The translations under genes were made by a program, and so were the position numbers. A model generated the notes under the pieces. That model worked only from the letters and a program-made list of their open reading frames with translations. It was not told the DNA's origin and ran no database searches. Positions 34,337-39,144 of a DNA stretch of 39,144 nt are shown piece after piece. The stretch spans positions 1-39,144 of IMG/VR virus record IMGVR_UViG_3300037424_000319, one strand, 5' to 3'. Source of the DNA: a virus. Its lineage: Duplodnaviria > Caudoviricetes. Each line of letters begins with the position of its first letter. The stretch's first letter is position 1.

Positions 34337-35985
34337 CGACCATCGGCAGCATCATCCTCAAGGCGGATCCCGTAAAGAGGCGGGAATACTACGCCCGAAC
34401 ACTCGTGCCTATGGGTTCGCCGGGGCCGTGCGAGATGTATTTCTCCGACTACCGCCCGTCCTACCAGTCCGAGGGCTGGTTTCACAGCGCGTCGTTTCGC
34501 GTGCACGCGCGCGAGAACGTGCTGAAGGAACTCTACGCCAACGGGCTTGGAAGAATGGTCGAGGTGTGGGGCTACGGCCTGAAGCAACACTTCGAGGGCC
34601 GGGTGGTGGAGGTGGTGTTCAACTTGCCCCCCGACCAGTTCACCAAGACGCTGGATCAGATCGGCAACAAGACATGGATGCGCGCCGATGTGGATGGCGA
34701 CGGCACAGTGGACCGGTCGACGGAACTCCAGAACACAGACAGCCAGGGGAAGTACGGGACGACCGACTTGGTGATCTCCGGCGGGCAGATCCAAGGGTTG
34801 ACCGTGGCCGATCAGGCCGTCCAGGCATTTCTGGACCTGAAGGCGTTTCCCAAGCCAGCGGCCGATCTTGGTGGCGGCAGGGGCCAGGCGTACATCGAAC
34901 TGTTCTGCCGTGGGTGGATCAACACCCTCGGCAACCGTGTGTGGAACCAGACGGCGGACACCGGCACACAGGCCATGAGCGCCGAGATACGGGACATCAT
35001 CGGGACGCCGGCGGTTCCTGCGCATCCCTATCTGCCCGAGGCAACTCTTCTGCCTGGAATGATCGCCTGGTGGCCGATGGATGAACATTCGGGAACGTCG
35101 GTTCACAGCGAGATTTCCGGTGGGGTTGGTGGAACCTTGGGGGCAGGGGCAGCAGCGCCAACTCTGGCCGCGGCCGGAATTGGGGACGGGCGAAGCGCGT
35201 TCTCCTTCGACGGCGGGGACTACGTTGATGTCTACAGTGGGGCTTTGGCCGCGGCGTTCGACGGTGCGAAGGGCTCCATGCTCATCTGGGTGCGCATCAC
35301 GGATGCGGCGGTGTGGGCGGATGCGGCAATCAGGATTTTCGCGTCCCTGTTTGCGGATGCGAACAACTGGATACGGCTATCAAAAGGAACCGTCGCCAAT
35401 CAAGTTAGGTTCCGATACTCTGCCGCTGGCACCCTTGAAGATGTCGTTGACACCTCCTTGGCCGCGTCTACGGACTGGTTCCTAATGGGCCTGACTTGGG
35501 ACGCGGCGGCCGATGAAGTGAAGGCCTATCTTCAGGGAGCGCAAGTAGGAGCGACTCAAACCGGCCTCGGAATATGGTCCGGTTCCCCGAACAATACAGA
35601 AACACTAATTGGTTCGTTCACTGCCGGCACCGCTGGGCACAAGGGCATCCTTCAGCATCCGATGGTCTTTGCCAATCGCGTCCTGACTGCGGCGGAGATT
35701 CTCGCCATCTATGCAGGCGGTGACGGGATGGTCGCGGCCGTCGCGGCTTCGGGCGTCGGGGAATACATCGCCTCACAGCACAGGGCGCCGAACACCACGA
35801 GCGTAACGAAGGAACTGGACGCCGACCGGAAGGCGCTGGACATCATCAACAACATGACCTCCCTGGGTGACGCGGACAACAACCGCTACCTGCTTCAGGG
35901 GAGAGGCAGAACACCAACGTCCGTGAAGGGCCGCCGGGGCGTGTTCAAGCAGGCCGCGCCCGTCGTGGTGCCCCCGAGTATCTGA
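34333..35985 (+). CDS. Baseplate hub/Tal-like protein with LamG (concanavalin A-like) domain
   Basis: FEGRVVEV, SQGKYG hub-like motifs; AWWPMDE...FDGGDYV...GLTWD...RVLTAAEI LamG pattern at about 35050-35720. Confidence 0.7.
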   Translation: MTTIGSIILKADPVKRREYYARTLVPMGSPGPCEMYFSDYRPSYQSEGWFHSASFRVHARENVLKELYANGLGRMVEVWGYGLKQHFEGRVVEVVFNLPPDQFTKTLDQIGNKTWMRADVDGDGTVDRSTELQNTDSQGKYGTTDLVISGGQIQGLTVADQAVQAFLDLKAFPKPAADLGGGRGQAYIELFCRGWINTLGNRVWNQTADTGTQAMSAEIRDIIGTPAVPAHPYLPEATLLPGMIAWWPMDEHSGTSVHSEISGGVGGTLGAGAAAPTLAAAGIGDGRSAFSFDGGDYVDVYSGALAAAFDGAKGSMLIWVRITDAAVWADAAIRIFASLFADANNWIRLSKGTVANQVRFRYSAAGTLEDVVDTSLAASTDWFLMGLTWDAAADEVKAYLQGAQVGATQTGLGIWSGSPNNTETLIGSFTAGTAGHKGILQHPMVFANRVLTAAEILAIYAGGDGMVAAVAASGVGEYIASQHRAPNTTSVTKELDADRKALDIINNMTSLGDADNNRYLLQGRGRTPTSVKGRRGVFKQAAPVVVPPSI

Positions 35986-37484
35986 TGGCCGTCAAAGCCG
36001 GCAGCTTCCAGATCGGTACCGGGGCCATTGGCACGGAATACGGTGTCACTGGTCTGGCATTTCGACCTGCAGGCGTGTTCTTCCGCTGGTCAGGTTTCAA
36101 TGGCACGGACACGGGGCCAACGGAGAGCGCCGTTCAAGGCGGCTATGGGTTCATTCTCGAGAATGGGAAGCGTGGATGCGTGGCGTACTACGGCCAGAAC
36201 GGGGCTGATCCTTACGGGACATATTCGGCGCTGTGGAACACCGAGGCCATCGTCAAACAATACGCGGGCGGTCCAACGTCCCTTGGGAGAGCCGACTTCC
36301 TGTCGATGAACGATGATGGGTTCACCCTGATCATCGACGAGGTGATGAGTTTTGAGATAACCGTCTTCTACCTGGCAATCTCGGGCGTGGAGTTCAACGC
36401 CATAGAAATCACTGAGCCGGGCGCTATCGGTCAGGTCGCCTACGCCGATGCCGGCTTCAGGCCAACCTTCGTGAACATTCTCGGCAGTCATGCTACTGCC
36501 TTCGACACGGCTACGCAGGACGCATCCTACTGCGTAGGCGCGTCGTCCGGGGCCTCCGCAGACACCAACGCTGTATCGGCGAAGTTCGCCGACAGCTCTC
36601 TGGGCTTTTCCGCGCTTGCTAGTTACGACACGGACACCGAATGCCTGGCGATCATGGAGAGTGGCCCCATCGTTTCCGTGCGCGCCAGCCTAGTAGCTTT
36701 CGGGTCTGATGGCATCACTCTCGACTGGCTTGAGCGGAACGGCTCTCGGAAGTTCATTGCGGTTGTGGCAAGCGGACGGTGGAACGTTGGCAATGTCAGC
36801 ATGCCGACAGATACCAACCCGTTTACCGAGACAGGCATGACGTGGACACCGGAGGGGTTGGCGGTCTTCGGCGGGGGTTACCCAAAGGATGCCCAAGATA
36901 CTGCCCTGGCTGGTGCCCACCAGTTCTCGGTCGGGTTCGGAACGGGGCCTACCGAACGCTTCGTGTGCCAGACGATGGACAACAGCGGAACGGTCAACAG
37001 CAGAATCTCCGCCTATCACCAGTCCGATGCGATCTACGCCAACATCAATAATGGAGGAAGTTGGCCAACGAATCAAGGCCAATGCGACATCAACAGTGCC
37101 TTCGCCGCTGACACTATCGAACTGGTAATGGACACCGCCGAAACCCTGGCGTCCTTTGCGTGGTACTTCGCCTTCGGCCCGCCCATCCTCGCGTTCAGGC
37201 AGCGCCTTGTCAGATACCAGCACAACACCTACTCCAGCCGAGCTGCCGGAAGGACGATTGTTCGGGATGTTCTCGGAAGGACGATCTCCGGCTGGGAACT
37301 GAGGCCGGACAACTGGCTCTTCTCCGGCGGCCCGGGATTCGTAACACCCAAGAAGTTCGCATCGCTCTTGGTGAATCCGTCGACCTTCTACATGGAGACC
37401 GTGCAGCCGGCAGAAGGCAGCGCCAAGATCGAGACGAACCGCGAGGCCCTGTTCGTGTCCCTCATGCGGAGGCTTGCAGGCTGA
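35985..37484 (+). CDS. Tail tip / receptor-binding protein with three tandem ~130-aa domains
   Basis: GLAFRP...DDGFTL, AGFRP...SDGITL, GMTWTP...ADTIEL. Confidence 0.6.
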   Translation: MAVKAGSFQIGTGAIGTEYGVTGLAFRPAGVFFRWSGFNGTDTGPTESAVQGGYGFILENGKRGCVAYYGQNGADPYGTYSALWNTEAIVKQYAGGPTSLGRADFLSMNDDGFTLIIDEVMSFEITVFYLAISGVEFNAIEITEPGAIGQVAYADAGFRPTFVNILGSHATAFDTATQDASYCVGASSGASADTNAVSAKFADSSLGFSALASYDTDTECLAIMESGPIVSVRASLVAFGSDGITLDWLERNGSRKFIAVVASGRWNVGNVSMPTDTNPFTETGMTWTPEGLAVFGGGYPKDAQDTALAGAHQFSVGFGTGPTERFVCQTMDNSGTVNSRISAYHQSDAIYANINNGGSWPTNQGQCDINSAFAADTIELVMDTAETLASFAWYFAFGPPILAFRQRLVRYQHNTYSSRAAGRTIVRDVLGRTISGWELRPDNWLFSGGPGFVTPKKFASLLVNPSTFYMETVQPAEGSAKIETNREALFVSLMRRLAG

Positions 37485-37726
37485 TGCCATTCAACGAGGA
37501 CAACTGGGGTGTGGAGGTGGATGTAGGAATGAATACGCCAAGCAAACTTGACGCGTCCGGCGTCGTGACGGTTACAAAGGGGAGTCAAGGCGGAAAGATC
37601 GGGGCAGTCAGAACGCAGTCGGGAACACTCGGCCGGGCGCTGCAAGAGCAAGACACTCAGAAGTACGGGGCAACCATCGACATCTACGACCCAGAGTTGG
37701 CGGCGTTTCTCGGATCGAATCTATGA
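37484..37726 (+). CDS. Small hypothetical protein
   Basis: TGATG coupling; 80 aa. Confidence 0.55.
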   Translation: MPFNEDNWGVEVDVGMNTPSKLDASGVVTVTKGSQGGKIGAVRTQSGTLGRALQEQDTQKYGATIDIYDPELAAFLGSNL

Positions 37727-37731
37727 GGCTG

Positions 37732-37938
37732 TCATGCCGACGGGAACCAGGGATGATGCTTGACCTTTGGGAGGCGCTGGTTATGACACGGAGCAAGGCC
37801 GGTGTTGTAGTCAGGTCCAACCTCGAAGCACCAGTTGGATGTCTCCCGATCCTTGAACAACGACGTTGGCTTCTCGGCCCGCTTGATGTCAGAGAAGGCG
37901 GTCAGGACCAGGAGGGCTACGAGGGCGAGTTTCTTCAT
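37732..37938 (-). CDS. Small secreted-type protein (moron)
   Basis: MKKLALVALLVLTAFS signal-peptide-like start; two Cys. Confidence 0.45.
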   Translation of the reverse strand: MKKLALVALLVLTAFSDIKRAEKPTSLFKDRETSNWCFEVGPDYNTGLAPCHNQRLPKVKHHPWFPSA

Positions 37939-38030
37939 GCTCTAAGTATGCCACGGATTCGCCTCTGGGAACTGACGGCATGCTGACAAGCAAGGTCGTA
38001 GAACACCCGTTCGTGGTACTGGAGGACTAG

Positions 38031-38870
38031 ATGAGCTGGCCCGAGAAGTCATCCGTTGTGAATGCGACTGACTGGAGCTACTTCCAGCAGATCAATCAGC
38101 ACACCCCGCCGAGGATTATCCCCATCGAGTCCTTCTGCGCGGCCAATCCGACGCTGGAGGTCTTCATCCTGCGGGCCTGCTGGCCGTCGGGCCTTCCCGA
38201 CCCGCTGTACCCTCTCTACTACGACGCGCTGACTGCGGCCGGGAAGAAGGTCGCTGCCTACTTGTGGCCGAACGTCACGAAGAAGATCGGCGTGACCGAG
38301 GAGAACTGGAAGGCCGCGCTGGGAGACCGGGTGCCGAAGCTGCTCATGCTGGACTTCGAGGAGCCAAGGTACGGAGCAACGAAGGACCAGCTCACGGACA
38401 ACGCGGACGACAGCCTGGAGGCGCTGGCGGCTCTCTATCCCGGCCGTCACGTCATCGGATACTGCCGGGCCAACTGGTGGGAGGCGTTCATCAATCGCAA
38501 GATCGAGGCCCATTGGAAGTGGATACTGGCGCAGTACCCGCTCCCATTCCCGGACGGCGAGGGCGGATTCAGGCAGTACCGGACGCATGCCGAGCTCGCC
38601 AAGCACCTGCCGATCGGGAACAGCTTCACCCCCTACATGGGGAAGACCGGGAGGTTCACCCACGCCAATGTCATCGGCTGGCAGTTCAGCGAGTACGGCT
38701 ATCTCCCCGGCTGGACCCGACGCCTGGACCTGGACAGCCTGAAGCGCGACTTCGTGCTGCAGGTCTTCGGTGAGGTTGCGCCTACGCCACCTGTCCCGCC
38801 CTTCCCCCCGACGCTCGAGCAGCGGGTGGACGACCACGAGAAGCGAATAGCCGCCCTGGAGGCCGAGTGA
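38031..38870 (+). CDS. Endolysin, GH25 muramidase-like
   Basis: DWSYFQ, FILRA, LDFEE (DxE), WQFSE.G, LDLD; Pro linker and coiled tail; GGAGG RBS. Confidence 0.8.
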   Translation: MSWPEKSSVVNATDWSYFQQINQHTPPRIIPIESFCAANPTLEVFILRACWPSGLPDPLYPLYYDALTAAGKKVAAYLWPNVTKKIGVTEENWKAALGDRVPKLLMLDFEEPRYGATKDQLTDNADDSLEALAALYPGRHVIGYCRANWWEAFINRKIEAHWKWILAQYPLPFPDGEGGFRQYRTHAELAKHLPIGNSFTPYMGKTGRFTHANVIGWQFSEYGYLPGWTRRLDLDSLKRDFVLQVFGEVAPTPPVPPFPPTLEQRVDDHEKRIAALEAE

Positions 38871-39144
38871 ACTACGCCATCGCTGTTGTGCTTGGAACGG
38901 GCGTGCTGACCTGGCCCCTCTGGCAAGAGGCAGTGCCTACCAATTGGGGCGAGTGGCCGCTGAACATCGCGGTCATGGGCTTCGCGCTGACTGTCCTCAA
39001 GATCATCATCTCGTTCGTCCAGTCTAGGGACGACAAGTTCACCGCAGCCCTGGCCTCGATTGAGGAGAAGCATCAGGACGCATTGGTGGACTTCGGCAAA
39101 ATGCTCAAGGAGGTGGGAGATAAGACAACGGCGGCCGCGGAGGC
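38867..39144 (+). CDS. Probable holin, 3'-truncated
   Basis: GTG after GGAGG; MNYAIAVVLGTGVLTW...NIAVMGFALTVLKIIISF gives two hydrophobic segments, then a coiled coil; follows lysin. Confidence 0.55.
   Translation, partial: MNYAIAVVLGTGVLTWPLWQEAVPTNWGEWPLNIAVMGFALTVLKIIISFVQSRDDKFTAALASIEEKHQDALVDFGKMLKEVGDKTTAAAE

Larger units (their letters stand above)
1..39144. mobile_element. Tailed dsDNA phage (siphovirus-like), near-complete genome or prophage
   Basis: Ordered terS-terL-portal-gpF-protease/capsid-neck-tail-tape measure-lysin module plus replication initiator and DnaC-like loader. No host housekeeping genes and no tail sheath recognised. Confidence 0.95.

Overview
GC-rich, near-complete genome of a tailed dsDNA phage. 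It is siphovirus-like, with tail tube, chaperone and tape-measure genes and no sheath gene. Both window edges cut genes. Layout: 1-2805 rightward accessory enzymes (metallophosphoesterase, HNH, DUF4406-like, M14 peptidase-like); 2802-6252 leftward early genes (ParB-like, RHH, SSB-like); 6362-14763 rightward nucleases, DNA methyltransferase, replication initiator, DnaC-like loader and many small ORFs; 15294-37726 packaging, head, an unusually large post-capsid module, neck and tail; 38031-end GH25-like endolysin and a probable holin. I found no integrase, transposase, tRNA or CRISPR. The strongest unexplained signals concern gene acquisition. (1) A single-gene cassette at 3144-3620 is bounded by 15-bp direct repeats and bipartite 53-bp inverted ends (18 bp + 26-bp spacer + 9 bp), and a second copy of one end follows an unrelated gene at 13322-13379. 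(2) At three separate loci the last 7-29 codons of a gene recur downstream of an inserted gene with conserved protein but diverged or recoded DNA, consistent with insertion by 3'-end replacement. Other signals are a -1 tail-chaperone frameshift site, an RBS-sequestering hairpin on an HNH gene, a protease-capsid fusion with an internal start, a terL lacking a canonical start, and structured intergenic regions. All functional calls come from reading motifs by eye; no database searches were run.
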